A stretch of 64,000 nucleotides of DNA from Lama guanicoe (lineage: Eukaryota). This document shows, piece after piece, positions 49,217-63,625 of the stretch. A program made the translations under genes and the position numbers. The DNA is taken from positions 3,712,470 through 3,776,469 of the forward strand of contig MU053933.1 of the NCBI GenBank assembly GCA_013239625.1. Reading direction: 5' to 3'. The notes beneath the pieces were generated by a model, which was not told the DNA's origin, did no database searches, and saw only the letters and a program-made list of their open reading frames with translations. How positions within the stretch are numbered: the stretch's first letter is position 1; each line of letters begins with the position of its first letter.

Positions 49217-51334
49217 AGCAGCCTAGCGAGGGTGCTGGGGACTCTCAGGGTCCCAAGCTCCAGCCAAAGTGAGGAAATCTTTGGGGAATTACAGGTGGGA
49301 GAGAGTCATGGTCTCGTTTCTGGTTCATGAAGTCTACATTGGGACAGGATGTGAGATGCACCATTGGGGCAGAAGCTTTGTCAGGGCCTGATGGAGGAGC
49401 TGGGGGCAAGATCGGGTTGGGCCACCATCAAGCCTGTGGCTGTAGAGTGGCATTATTGTGGGGACTGGCTGTAGACTCCAGAGGAGGAACTGACAGTCAC
49501 TGGGGCACAAGGAAAGTGGGGGACTGGGAGGCCCCTGGTGTCTGGGCTTAGCAACCAGGGGAAGTGGGGCTGCCTCCTAGGGTGTGAGGAGCAGCAGGAT
49601 CACAGTTTTGTGAGGGACCTGTTACCCCTAAGGTGAGAGGGGGATGCAGGGTTTGGAGAGATGTGCCTGACCTGGGGGATGGGTCCAGGGAGAAAGGAGA
49701 GAGCCCAGGTGGGGGCAGGTGAGTTACAGCAGACTCCATGCAGGGGAGTGTGGTCCTGATGGAAACAGCTCAGAGCCAGAGAGGATTGGCTGTCAGGTGC
49801 TCAGCTTCACTCTCCTGTTCCTTTGTAAAGCCACTGTGTCATAGTTTGAAACACTGCCAGGGGACCCCTGAGTCCAGTTCTGCCCTGGCTTCATCCAAGG
49901 GGTTCAGGTGGAAAACAACCACTGCAGGTCCCACCCACATCCCCACAGGGAATGAACGCCATCAGGACACTGGGCTCACAGACTTCAGGAAACCATGGCC
50001 CTCAGGACTGATCTCTTCCTTGCTGTCACCTGCTGGTCAGAGGCCCAGATGACCCATCCTGGCTCCACCCTCTAGGGCCTGGATTCTGGGACAGCTTGTG
50101 GGTAGTGCAAGACCCTCACACTCCTTTATCTGCCTGATGGTGAGGATGTCTTAAAAGCTGCATGGTTGATTTTGGAGGTCTGAGTGTTTCCAGCAGGTAT
50201 GGGGGGAGGGGTGTGAGGTTCCTACATCGGTAGGGTTTTCCCAGGGTGAAGAGCTGTGCCTTCCCCTCCCAGTCCATTCCCCCCACCATCCATCCAGGAA
50301 GCTCATATACAGAAGTATGAGGGCCAAGGCTCTCCCCTTGCTTGTCTGTGACTTTCCATTCCCACAGCCAGGAGCCTGGCTCCCACCATCTGCCCTTTTT
50401 CAACCAAATTCTCTGTTGCAGGTTACATGCACAGTGGTTTCAGAATTGTTAACTACTATACCCCGGAAAGAACTTTATAATAGAAAGCCCACAGTTTAAC
50501 AATGGTCCATTCTGCCTTTGCAAAAGAAGTCTGTTCATTTCCAAAGTGACCTTAGGTTAACACCTGTTGCCCCACCATCAACTGTTTTTTCAACCTGTTT
50601 CTAATACATTTCATAGATTATGTGTCACACTGCGTATTCCATCCTGTGACACTGCTACACCCTAAACAACTAAGTTTGAATAGATTATGATTAACCTTTG
50701 GGCTGTACAAATGTGTGGGTGTAGACACACGCATAGGGACAGGTGTCCATCCTAAAGTATCGCATGGAACACTTCAGCCCCCCCACCCCCACCCCATGAT
50801 CTGCTCATGTATGTAGCTTTGCCTTTTCCATAATTGTCATCAATGGGGTCCTACTGTGTGCAGCCTCTTCAGACTGGATTCTTTCACTTAGTAACATACA
50901 GGTGAGACTTACTCGTGTCTTTCCGGGGGTTGATGGTTTGATGTCCATTGCTGAGCAGAATTCCATTGCGTGTGAATGGGAGGAAAATCAGTTTTTCCCT
51001 CTGTCATTCTAGGTTCTTGGATGAGACCTCCCAGCCCCTAATAAGACAGATTACTGGGAGAAAAACAAACAAGTTTAAAAACATGTATAACTCCTGTATA
51101 CAGGGGAGACACCCAGGAACACTGACTCCCTCCCTGAAATGGCCCAAAGCATCACCTTAAATATGACCTTCAGCTGGAAACAAAAGCAAGGCCTCGGGAA
51201 TGGAGGAAGTCATTTATGGCAGGTTACCACGAAAGCTCAGTAAATGAGAGTGTAAGGTTTAAAGTTTGTGTCTCCGTTCACTTCATTCCACATGGCTTCC
51301 AACTAATTGTTTCTTAAGTATTTGGAGAAGTTAC

Positions 51335-51775
51335 GGATATTTGGCTCTATTTCAGTTTGAATTTCCGGTTTAAAGGATTGAACAGAGCAGCTGTCGGGGC
51401 GGGGCCTCAGCTGGCTGTGAGGGCGGCTGGGCCCGTGCTTTCCTATTGGCTGGCAGGGCCCGGAGCCCGCCTCCCCCAGCTGCGGTGGGAACTCACGTGC
51501 ATTTTGCCGGAGGATTTGGCGTCCTGCGCAGCTGCCTGGAGCCACGTCTCCTCTGGATCTGCCAGGGCTTCTGGACAACAGGGGGTTATGTCCACACTGA
51601 CAGGAGCCCAGTCTACTCAGGACCCAACAGGAGGTGCTGCACTAAAGGGAAGGTGAGGAGGAAGGAAAAGTGAGGGAAAGTGAGGAGAAGCTTCCCGTGA
51701 GGGGCTGACGGCTGAGGGGAGGCCCTCCTCAGAGGCCCTGGGAGAGGAAGGGCTGTATGTGGGAAGCTGTGGGCT
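51335..51775 (+). promoter_or_regulatory. Candidate promoter/first-exon module (best-preserved of 5 copies: ~31015, ~39075, ~51335, ~57920, ~60975)
   Basis: GC box GGGGCGGGGC 51396-51405, ATTGG 51445-51449, CACGTG 51494-51499, donor-like AAG|GTGAGG at 51653. CpG-enriched relative to the L1 flanks. Confidence 0.4.
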
Positions 51776-54775
51776 TTAGTCAGGTTTTGTGGGTGGTGTA
51801 GAGAGTGTGCCATGTGCTTCTTTGGTGTGTGGTGTCTGGTTTTCCCAGCACCATTCATTGAGGGGACTGTCCTTCCCCCGGTGCAGGTTCCTGGGTCCTT
51901 TCTTGTGAATTAACTGACCACACACCTTTAGGTTTATTTGCAGACTCTCTCTGGTCCATTTCCCTGTCATTGTGCCAATTCCACACCTTTTTGGTGACTG
52001 TGCTTTTGTAATGCCATGTGAAGTCAGGGAAGGAGATGCCTCCAGCCTGTTTCCCTTTTGTAGACTCCCTCTGGCTGTTCAGGGTCCTTTGTGTTTCCAC
52101 ACGAATGTTAGGAATGTTTGTTCTGTTCCTGTGGAAAATGCCACTGAAGTTTATTTTATTTTATTGAAGTATAGTCAATTCACAATATTCTGTTATTTTC
52201 TGGTGTAGGGCATAGTGATTTGATGAGGCTTGCTTTGAGTTTGAGCACTGCTTTGGGTAGAATGGACATTTTAACAATGTTAATTCTTTCTGTCCATGAG
52301 CGAAGGGTATCTTTCCATTTATTTGCATCTGTTCAGTTTCCTTCCTCAGTGTCTCAGAATTTTCGGTGTGCAGGTCCTTTCACATCCTTGATTAAATGTA
52401 TTCCTAGGTATATTTTGGATGCAATTGTAAATGGGATTTTAAAAAATGTCTCTTTCTGATGTTTCATTATTAATGTATAGAAAGACAACTGACAATACAC
52501 AATTGTGTATTGATTTTGTACCTTGTAGCTTTACTGAAGTGATTCATTAGTTCTAAGAGTTTATGATGATTTGATGTGGAAAACTAGAAATCAGAAATCG
52601 CCCTGTTTGGACTCCATCCAGGTCATCCACAGCACCTAAGACACAGTGGCTCCTAATCTTCCCACAGTGCCTCTAAATTGCATGTGGACTCCTACAAGGG
52701 CGATGAGCATCAGCACTTTGGGTAAAGTGGTTCTCATTAAGGATTGGCCTCTATAAGGAAATCTGATATCTTCTTTGCTTTTTTGGTGTGGTGTAAACAT
52801 GGTTGTTTTCAAAAGTAATTTAGTTTCTAGTAAACTTTTCTTATAAAGTTCTGTATAAAATACTTTAAATAGCATTACCCAGTACTCACATTTGCCACCT
52901 CACATAAAATACTCCAGTGGGTTTTACCTAAAACTGGGATACTCCCCCAGGGAACCAGCACATAAACCCCAAATGAAGAAATTTTATGATTCACTTTGTA
53001 ACCCCATCCACAGGCCCACTTCAGCCTTCCCCATTGCTCCAACTTCTGGAAATCCTTTTTTCCCATTCTGTGCCAGTTTTCTTTTTCTGAAACTATTACT
53101 AAGAGTTTCCCTCTTTTTTTTTTTCCAGAATCTTAATGGATTTAAAGCACACAAGATGAATACGATCTGGGTGGCATCTTCTGTGTGTCTTCTTTCACTT
53201 AGACTGTTTTCAGTTTTCATCCAGTTTGAATCATTATTGATTCATTCACATTTTCATTGTCCTTAAAAATACAGAACATAACATTTACCATTTAAACCAT
53301 TTAACTATGCAGTTCTGTGGTATTAACTAAATTCATATTGTTGTACAGATACCTCACCATCCATCTCCAGAACTTACTCATTTTCCCCAAGTGAAGTCCT
53401 GTGTCCAGTGAACACTGACTCCCCTCAGCCCCTGGCAAGGACACTCTTTCTATCTCTTCATCTGACTTCTCTGGATGCCTTGTATAAGGGGAATCATATA
53501 TTTGTCCTTCTGCGTCTGGCTTATTTCACTTAGCATAGTGACTTCAAGATTTATTCACGTTGCAGCATGTGTCATGATTTCCTTAGTTTTTAAGGCTATG
53601 TAGTATCCCATTGTGTATACACCACATTTAGTTTATCCATTCATCTGTTGATGGACAGTTGAGTTATTTCCACGTTTTGCTGTTGTGATTAGTTCTGCCA
53701 TGGGTATGGGTGTACCCGTTTCTATTCCAGTTCCTGCTTTCAAATATTTTGAACATATATCCTGAAGTGGAATTGATGGGTCACATGTCAACCCCATGTG
53801 TAAGTTTTTGAGGAACTCCCATATGGTTCTCCACCATGGCTGCACCATTTCATTCCTTCATGGCAGAATCGTAGAGCAGCTTATGGATGTACCCTGTTTG
53901 TTTATCTGTTTAGCCTTTGATAGACATTTCAGTTGTTCTACCTTTTGGGCCATTGCGAATGGTGCTGCTATGAATATTTGTGTACCTTTTTTTTTGTTTG
54001 TTTGAACACCTATTTTTAATGTTTTGGGGTCTATGTCTAGGAGTGAAGTTGTTGATCCATACAGTAACTGTATTTTTTATCTTTTTGAGGAAGTGACAAA
54101 CTGGAAACATGGGCTGCACCATTTTCCAATTTTTCAAGTAATGTTTAAAAGTTTCAGCTTCTCTACATTTTTGCCAATATTTGTTGTTTTTAGTTTTCTT
54201 GATTGTAGAGCTTCTAGTGTGCTTGGGAGGGATGGCATTATGGTATTAATTTACATTTCTATCATGACTGATTTTTAACATCTTTTCATGTGTTCATTGA
54301 CTACTTGTTTTGTCTGGAGAAGGGTCCATTTAAAAAAAAATTAATTTTATTTATTTATTGGTGTTTTTCTTTTTCATTTTTATTAGGTAGAACTATTACT
54401 GTTTGACTGCATGTATACATTATATTGCATGTAAATACATATATACAATATACTATACATTTTAAAAAAAATTTACATATTGAGGAGGGTCTATTTAAGT
54501 TCTTTCTACCATGTTAAAAAATGAGTTTGTTTTTTCTGAGTTGTAAAAGTTCTTGATAAAAATTTTTTTCAAATATAATGTGCAAATATTTTCTTTGATT
54601 TTGTGTGCTGTCCTTTCAGTTTCTGGATAGCATCTTTGATGTACAAATGTGTTTAATTTTCAGGAAAAGCAATTAATTATTTTCTTTTCTTGCTTATGTT
54701 TGCTATCAGATCTAAAAAAATTGCTAAATCCAAGGTCATGATGACTTATCCCCATTGTTTCTTTGAGAGTTTATA

Positions 54776-55115
54776 CAGCTTCCCTCCCTATCTGTGAGGT
54801 ATTGGTTCCAGGACACCCTGTGGATACTAAATATCTGTTGGTGCTGAAATCCATTATATAAAATGGTGTAGTATTGACAAATAATCTAAGCACAGCTTCC
54901 TGTATACTTAAAATCATCTCTAGATCACTTATAATAAATAATGCAATGTAAATGGTATGTAAGTAATTGTGAGGAAAACATAATGTTATTTAAATTGTTT
55001 CTGGCATGCCACAAATTCAAGTTTTTCTTTATGGAACTTTCTCAAATTATTATTATTCTTTTATCTGAAGGTGACTGATTCTGCAAATGTGGAATCAGCA
55101 GATGAGGGCTGGTTG
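54776..55115. mobile_element. MER2/MER2B copy in block A'
   Basis: Same sequence and same insertion site as 34664-35003. Confidence 0.85.
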
Positions 55116-58100
55116 TCACTTTACCACTCTTTAAATTTAGGCTTTTTATGTATCTTGAGTTAATTTTGCATGTGGCATGAAGCAAGGATCCAATTTCACT
55201 TCTCTTAGAAATGAAAAAATTTCACCGATAGACAATTGCCTGACACCATTTGTTGGAAACACAATTTTTCCCACAATGTAATGTTGCCCACTGTGGTAAA
55301 AAAAATCATTTAGTGCATGTGTCTTTTCACATTAGAATTTTGCTCTGGATACACGTGCAGCAGTGGGATCTCGGACTTTTCTTGCTTCTGACCTAATCAG
55401 GACGAGGTCACTATGTGGAACCTACACTTCAGGAGAGGGGGCTTTAGCTCTACCTCCTTGATGGATGCCATGGATTATTAGGAATTCTTCTGCATAGGAG
55501 TTCTCCCTTCAATCCCATTTATTTAAAAAAAAGCCCAACAACCTATGTCATCATTTAACGTCACCATTGTGGATGCCTGGATAGTTTCTTTAATCTTTTG
55601 GTTATAATCCAGCACTACAGGCTTCGTTGCTGAGTTCATTCCTGCTTTGGCTACTGAGAACTCTTTCTTTGGTTCCTGTTTCCTTTGAGGTCATTCCACA
55701 TTTTGGTTTTTTTCTACCCTGGTACTTCCTTACTTTCTGATACAAGATTCAAGATTATCCTGGCTCATATATTGACTTCTCAGTCCTAGTATAAGCCATT
55801 TCTTCAAAGAGTCCTGATTCCTTTAATTAGAGATGGTATTAAGAACTTACATATGGGAGGAAAGTGTTCTCAGCTGACAATGCAAGAAAATGTGTGCATG
55901 TGTTCCCATCTTAGTGTATTGCTATTGCTCAGGGACCACCATCCCCCATCCATCTGCCACAACCACATAGTGTTTTAAATTTAAGTTACTTAGAAATGGC
56001 CAAAGCAAGAGGGACACTCTGACTCCTGCTTTATCTCCCTAAAAGCAGGAAATAAGCCTGTCATGTGAAAGGTTCAGAGGCGCATTTAAACATAACTTGT
56101 AACTTCTTTAAGTTACTACCCCAAGCCCAAACTCTGTTTAGATTTTTCAAAAGCTACAATTCTTTAGGTTGTCAATTCCTAACAAATTTATAGTTTTCTA
56201 GATGTATAAAACGCCTGTTTTCACTACTTCTTACTTCCCATTTCTGTGAGACTTTTGTGTGTAGGAATTAAAATTTCTTTTTCTCCTGTGGCTCTGTCTT
56301 GTGTTAGTTTTATTATTAGTCCAGCCACAAGAAGTCAAGAGGGAGAGAGAGTGAACCCCCCCCCCGTAGTATACACTCCTAATTATATAGATTTCTATGT
56401 GGAACTGTCTGTATTCATATGAAGCAGAAGACGGGTTTATACTGATGCCTCCAACTTTATCCATTATCATATGGACAGAGTACATCTCGCCCCCCTGCTT
56501 GTCTCCCAGTCAGACAGTGGAATCCTGGTTCCCACCAGCTTCCACCCATTCAATTCATTTCTCATTCTGCTCCAGATGAGTGGTTTCAGCGTTCTTAGCT
56601 CCTGCCCCTATGGGATGGATCTTACAGATCCCACTGTTCACTTGCAGTACGTTTTCCCTGTAGTCTACACATTCTGTTCATTCCTGCAGTTACTGAGGCT
56701 GGTCCCTTCTGCTCCACCAGCAGCAGTGAGTGTTTTCATACATTTCTAATACAGAGGCTGTTTTACATCCTGCATTCCATCCTGTGACACTACCGCTTAC
56801 TCGATCACTTAACTGACTTGTTGGGTCATACAAACCTATGGGTTTAGACAAAGCATAATGGCAAATGTCCATCACTAAGTATCATATGGAACATTTCAAA
56901 ACTCCTGCATGACCTGTTTACCATCTCTTAGTATTCCCTTTCCCTCAATTTCACATAAATTGGGTCACATAGTGCATAGGTAGCATCTCCAGACTCATTC
57001 TTTATCTTTTTGAAGGAAAATTACATGGAGTTGGTATTGACAAGTGAGCTCTGTCAAATGGAGCCAGGAGCCCATTCAGAACTTGTGACCTATCTTATCA
57101 CATCTCAGCCTGGATCAAATCCTGAGTTTAGACCTGATGAAGCCACCCAGGACATCTGCCAGAAACTTATCTGTCTGTCAGAAACCTACCTACTTATTGT
57201 ACTCTTGGCCTCAAATAATTCAGGGCATACTGATCACTTGAGTTTCTAAGCCATTATGAATAGACCTCCTGTGCATTACTTGATGTTCATTTTTGTTTGA
57301 ACAGTTTTTCAAAGCAATTGTTTAAATTCAAGAGATGATTTTTTTTTTGGATTCTAAGTTGAGACTGTTTAGCTCTGTAAGAAACTACCAAACTGTTTTC
57401 CAAAGTTGGCCACACCTGTCTTCCACCAGGACCTTGAATGTATTTTTGTATGATTGTTTTCTACCTGTATACCTTCTTTAGCCAGATGTTTGTTTCTATC
57501 TTTATCCATTTTAATGGGGTTGTTTGTTCTAGATTTTACTGATATAATTTGAGTACAAATCCTTTATCAGATACACATTTTGCAAATACTTTCTCCTTGT
57601 TTGTGGTTTCTCTTTTGCCTTTATGAATAAGACCTTTCACAAAGTAGACGTCTATAGTTCTATAAAGTCCGCATTATTAATTTTGTATTGATTTGTAGAT
57701 AGGCATTTGTTGTTGTGTATTAAAACTCATCACCAGACCCAAGGTCTTTCAGATTTTCTCCCTTTTCCTTCTAAGATCTTTATAGTTTTGTCATTTAAAT
57801 TTGTCTATAGGCAATCTTGAGTGAATTTTGCTATCAGTTGTAAAGTTTGTGTCTATGTTCTCTTCATTGTATATGTTTTTTAATTAATTGCTCCTTAACC
57901 AGTTTTTGAGACAACATAGTGAGCTATTTGGCTGTGTTTCAGTTAGGATTTCCAAAGGCACTATGTACAGCAGAACTGCATTCAGGATGCAGACTCTGGG
58001 CTTTGTGAACTCAGCGTTCCCTGAACTTTATTTTAAATGGTTCACAGCGGGGTGCCAAATCCACCTGTGACCCACAGGGCACACCTTGTGGGTCATTCTG

Positions 58101-59135
58101 CCCATGGACTTGGCCCCTTGCACAGCCGACAGGGGCTTGGTCTCTTCAGGACTGTCAGGGCTTTGTCTTCTAGACAGTGGGGCTGTGTCCATGCTGTCAT
58201 GGGCTGAGTTTTCTTGGGCATTGCTGTGAAAAGGCACAATAAGAGGAAAAAAAGACCAAGTGGGGAGAAGCTTCCTGTGTGGTGCTGACTGTTCAGGGGA
58301 GTTCTGTCTTCAGAGGAACCTCAGAAAGAGGTTGATGTGGAAAACTGTGGGGTTTTAGTTAGTTTTGTGTGCAGTGGGTGATGGTGACCAGTGATGTTCT
58401 TTGGTTCATGGTGTCCCGTTTTCCTGGCGATGTTTATGGAGGGGAGTGTCCCTCCCTTTTTATATGTCCTTGACCCCATTTTCATGAATTAATGGACCAC
58501 AGCCATGTGGACTTATCTCTGGGCTCTTTACGCTGTTACTCTGGTCCGTGTGTCTGTGTTTGTGCCAGTTCCTCACTGTTGTGGTTACTACAGCTCCTTG
58601 ATACAGTTTGATGCTAGAGAGGGAGATGCCTCCAGTTGTGTCCTTCTTTCTGAGAACTTCTCTGGCTGTTCAGGGTCCTTAGTTGTTCTGTATTAATAGT
58701 AGGGTTGTTATTTCCATTTCAATGAAACATCACTGAACATTATATTGATGTTGCAGTGAATGTGTTGATAGTTTTGGGTAGAATCAATAATTTAATAATA
58801 GTAATACTTCCAATCCATGAGTACAGAAAATTTTCCTGTTTATCTGTGTCTTCTTTAACTTCTTTTTCAATTCTTCATAGTTTTTTGAGTACAGGTCATT
58901 CACATCCTTAGTTAAATTTGTTCCTGAATATTTTCTTCTTTTTGATACAATTATAAATGTGATTGTTTCCTTGAATTTTCCTTCTGATGGGTTATTATTA
59001 GTGTATAGAAATGCAGCTGATTTTTGTATATTGATTTCAAATTGAACTTCACTGAATTTATTTATTTTAAAAACTGTTTGTTAAGTGTTGTGGAAAATTG
59101 TAATTTTAAAATCTCACTGTTTCTCCTCATCCCAG

Positions 59136-59255
59136 GTCGTGCACAGGATCCCAGATTTGCTGGCTCCTGGTGTACTCCTCCCACAGTGCCTCTTAATAAC
59201 AAGTGGACTCCTACAAGGGCGATGAGCATCACACCTCTGGCTGCCCTTGGTCTGG
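59136..59255 (+). other. Candidate 120-nt internal exon (best-preserved of 5 copies)
   Basis: tgtttctcctcatcccag|GTCGTG...TCTGG|gtgagt. Paralogues start at 32557, 40287 and 52622 (all cag|GTC) and at ~62141 (AG lost). Confidence 0.4.
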
Positions 59256-62200
59256 GTGAGTCTTGGCTTCTAGAACAAGGTTGGAAGTCTGTCGTATCAG
59301 CTTCTCTGCCATGGTATTGATATGGTTGTTTTGAAAAGTAGTGGACTTTCCAGTAATTTCTAGGATGGTAAAAGCTACTCACAGTTGTCCCTTTATACAA
59401 AATACCATAGGGTGCTTTACCCCAAACAGGGGTAGTCTCCCGAGGAGCCATCATATAACCCACCAGTGAAGAAGCCGTGTGGCTTCTGCATCACTGTGTG
59501 ACCCGCCGGCCCCTTCAGCTGTCACCGCTTGGTCCAGCTGCTTGTTCTCTGTTTCTGGGTTTGCTACTGAGACTCTCACTGTGACAACCTTGATGGATGT
59601 GAAGCACACACGATGACCATGTGATCTGGGAGAACTTTTCTTTATGGCTCTTTTCACTAGGGATCTTTTCAATGTTTGTTAATGGTGTAAGTTGTATCAG
59701 TTCTACATCCCTACATGATTTTCACTGTGATTAAAAATACATATGACACTTTTTAATTGAAATCATTTCAGGTACACATTTCTGTGGTATTAACTACGTT
59801 TACATAATTGTACAAACAAGTTCAAGAACTTGTGTGCCTACTTTAAGCATGGGAGATGCCCAGGAAATTGAGTAATTCCCTGAAATGGCCAAGACATCAC
59901 CTGAAATACCATCTTTCTCTAATACCAAAAGAAAGGAAGGTTCTATTCATTATATAGATTTAAATCTTAGCCTTCTCTATTGATAAGTTTTTTGAGATTT
60001 AGTCTTTCTTTTATTTCTGGTGCAGAAAGGGAGATTACTTTTCAAATGGAGATATCCCATATAAATGTAAATTTGCCTCACCAAAGGCAGTCTTGACTTG
60101 GGTTTCATAGAGTCTCATGTGTCTTAAGTTTTAAGAAATCTGCCCATTGTAATCTTCATGCCAAAGAGATATATTTTATGGTGTCATTTGCCCTCTTTCA
60201 CATGGGTGTACCCCAACTTGCTTATGTATTCATGCATGGAAGGACATCGTCATATTTTAGAGTTTTTGATTAGAGTTGCTGTGCATAATTGCATGCTAGT
60301 TTTTGTTTGGACACTTTTTCAAAGGAATTGTCTAAATACTAGAGGTGCAATGTTGGATTCTCAGGTGAGCATTGACTAGCTTTGGAAAAAACTGCCAAAC
60401 TGTCTTTCAAAGTAGCCACACATGTATTCCACTTGCAGTGAGGGAGAGTTCCTGTTTTTCTTCATCTTCCATGTCATTTTTTCTTCATCAATCATGTCAT
60501 TTTTTTTGAGTTTAGTGGTTCTAATGAGTGTGCAGTGTTATATCATTGCTGTTTTAATTTGCAATTTCCTACTGGTATATGATTTTCGAGAATATTTTTA
60601 TATGCTTATTTACTATCTGTGTATTTTCTTTGGAGAGGTGTTAAGATCTTTACCTATCTTTATTGAGGCTGTTTGTTGTAAAGTTCTTGGTGTAATTTGA
60701 GTCCAAATCCTTAATCAGTTATGTGTTTTGTAAATTAAAGCTTCTCAGTATGTGTCTTGTCTTTAGGTTTCCTGAATAAGGTTATAAACAGAGTTTAAAT
60801 TTTTAATTTTTTAAATTCTATGATATAAATTTTACTTCTGTGGATAGACTTGGGGATTTTTGTAAAAGTTGGTCACCTAGACAAGGTTTTGTAGATTTTC
60901 TTATATGTTTACTTTTAGAATAATTCCAGATGTGCATTATATAATTGTGGACAATTTAGAGAACATTTTGGTGTGAGTGGTAAAAACTTGAGTGATTGTG
61001 GCCTGCAGTCCCCAGCTGGCCAGCAGGTGACACTATGCCTGTTCTCTGACCCTCAAGGTGCACGTGTCTCACTGAGGGATTTGGCTCCTGTGAGAACTTG
61101 GCTCCTTACAGGGGCTGCTGGAGGCTGGGTCTCCTCGGGACCCATCATGGTTTCACCTTCAGGACAATGCTCAACCAAGCAAGTCCACGGAGACAGAAGC
61201 CAGACGTCTTCAAGAATCACCAACAGGCATCACCGTGGGAATAAAAGGTGAGGAAAAAGTAGGGAGAGGCTTCTTGTGTGATTACAACTAAAGGTTTCCA
61301 TTTTCAGAGGATCCAGCAGAGGAGTGGCTTGATGTGGACATTTTTTGAATTTACTTGATTTTGTGTTTAGTGCTGACAGTGTCTAGTGTCATTTTTTGAG
61401 GTATGGTGTCCCATGTTCTTGGCACTGTTTATTGAGGAGACTGTCCTTTTCCCAATTTGTGTTCTTGGCTCTTTTGCCATGAATTAACTGACAGCATAAA
61501 GATGGGTTTATTTCTGTGCTCCCTATTCTGTTCCTCTGGTCCATGTGCCTATTTCTCTGCCAGTATCTTACTGTATCTCTGCTGGTGACTGTGGCTTCCT
61601 AATATCACGTGAAGCCAGGGAGGGAGACGCCTCCAACTGTGTTCTCCCTTCTCAAGGTTGCTCAGGCTATTCCAGTTTCTGTGTTGTTACATACAAATGG
61701 TAGGATTTCTTGTTTTATGTGTATGTGAAAAAAATGCCATTTGAATTTGGTAGAGTTTGCAATTAATGTGTGCACTGCTTAGGCTTCATGAATGTTGTAG
61801 TAATGTTCTTCTAGTGCATGAGCACAACTTTATTTTGTGTGTGTGTCCCCTTCAATTTCTTTATCAGTGTTTTCTAACTTTCCACGTGCAGGCCTTTCAC
61901 ATCCTTGGTTAATTTTATTCCTAGGTTTTTTTTTGTGTGTGCATTTGTTAAATGGGATTGCTATATTAATTTCTCTTTCTGAAACTTCTGTATTAGTATA
62001 TAGAAAGTCAATTTTTGTATATTGATATTATATCAAGTAGCTTTACTAAAAGTATTTATTATTTTTTAACAGTTTTTTTTTGTATTTTGATGCGGAAAAG
62101 TAGAATTCAAAATTGCCGCTGATTTTTTTTATCACATCCAATTCATTCACAAAAACCAAGACACAGTGGCTTATGATATTCTCTTATGGTGTCTCTTAAT

Positions 62201-63549
62201 AATATGTAGTTTCCTGCAAGGGTGATTAGCTTAACCATTTTGGATCAACTGGAAATGGAGAAGACTTGGACTCTATAGTGAAGTTTGATGTTTTTTCTGC
62301 TTTCCTGTAGAAAATTATTTACTTTCCAATAATGTTAAACATACAGAAAAGGTGCAGTAGCAGTACAATGTCCTCTTTATCTGTAAGCTCAGGTTTCTCA
62401 CTCATTGTTGATGTAGCACGTCTGCCACTTTTCATGACAATCTCTAGTGTGTTTTTGCCTTGAGTAGAGATTCTCTCTCTGTGGCACCACATAACACCCA
62501 AATGAGGATTCATTATGGTTCTCACTTCATAAATCAGTCCACAGGCTCAGTTCCACTGTCAGCACCTGCTCCAACTGTATGGCAATGGGTTTTCCTAATC
62601 CAATCCAGTGTTTTTTTGTTTCCTGGAACTGTTCTTGAGACTTTCCCTTATTTTCCCAACTTTAACTGAATTAAAGGGCACAAGATGAGTGTGATCTGGG
62701 TGGCCTTTTCTGTATAGCCTCTTTTTCTTAGAATGTTTTCTTTGTTCATGTTGTAACAAGTATCAGTACTTCATGTTTTTCTTTGTGATTAAATCTATTC
62801 CATATAATATTTACCATTTAAACTGCTTTAAGTATATAGTTTCATTACATTTATGTCATGAAGTTTTTGGATATTAACTACATTTACACTGTTGTAGAAA
62901 TATTCTCAGCATTCATCTCCACTACTTTTTCAGTTTCCCCAGGTGAAGCTGTATCCATTAGACATGAACACTTAACCCCCTGGCAAGTACATTGTATGTT
63001 TTGTTATTGAATTAGACTTATACGGATACCTCATCTTAGAATCATAGGGTGTTTGTCCTTTTTTAGTTTGGTTTGGTTTGTTTCCCTTGAATAACTTCAA
63101 GGTTCATCCACATCATAGCATATGTCAGAATTACCTTCATTTTAAAGGCTGAATGCTATTTAAATGTGTATATAGTACATTTTGTGTATGGAATCATCCA
63201 TCCATGCACACTTGGGTTTCTTATGTCTTTTGGCCAGTGTGAATAGTGCTGGTATGAACATGGCTGTAGAAATGTGTTTTTCAGCCCCTTCTTTCAAACC
63301 TTTTGGGTTTATACTCTGAAGTTGAATCAATAGATGATAGATATTATCCACAGTGGCTGTACCATTTTACTTTATTTCTTTCAATGGCAGAATTACATGA
63401 AAGTTTATGGATCCACTGTGCTTTGCATATCTATTCATCCATTGATGGACATTTGAATAGTTTCTACCTTTGAGCTATTTCAAATGCTGCTGCCATGCCT
63501 ATTAGTGTAGTGTAGCATTTTTTGTATGGACATGTGTTTTAAATTTTTT

Positions 63550-63567
63550 GATATATATATATTATAT

Positions 63568-63598
<31 letters not shown>
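63550..63598. repeat. Imperfect (TA)n microsatellite
   Basis: atatatatatattatatatatatatataatatatatatatatatata. Confidence 0.9.
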
Positions 63599-63625
63599 GA
63601 GGGAAGTTGCTGAACCAAGTGATAG

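Larger units (their letters stand above)
50438..59650 (+). repeat. Segmental duplication block A' (paralogous to 29117-40805)
   Basis: Colinear with block A. Lacks the U1 insertion, has a ~1 kb deletion at ~51245, and has a deletion after 57225 that removes the nested-LTR region. Confidence 0.92.

Noticed and set aside
59024..59463. ORFs of 98 and 133 aa across module E as protein-coding genes
   Set aside because: The reading frame is not preserved among the five paralogous copies (indels, stops) and no domain is recognisable.
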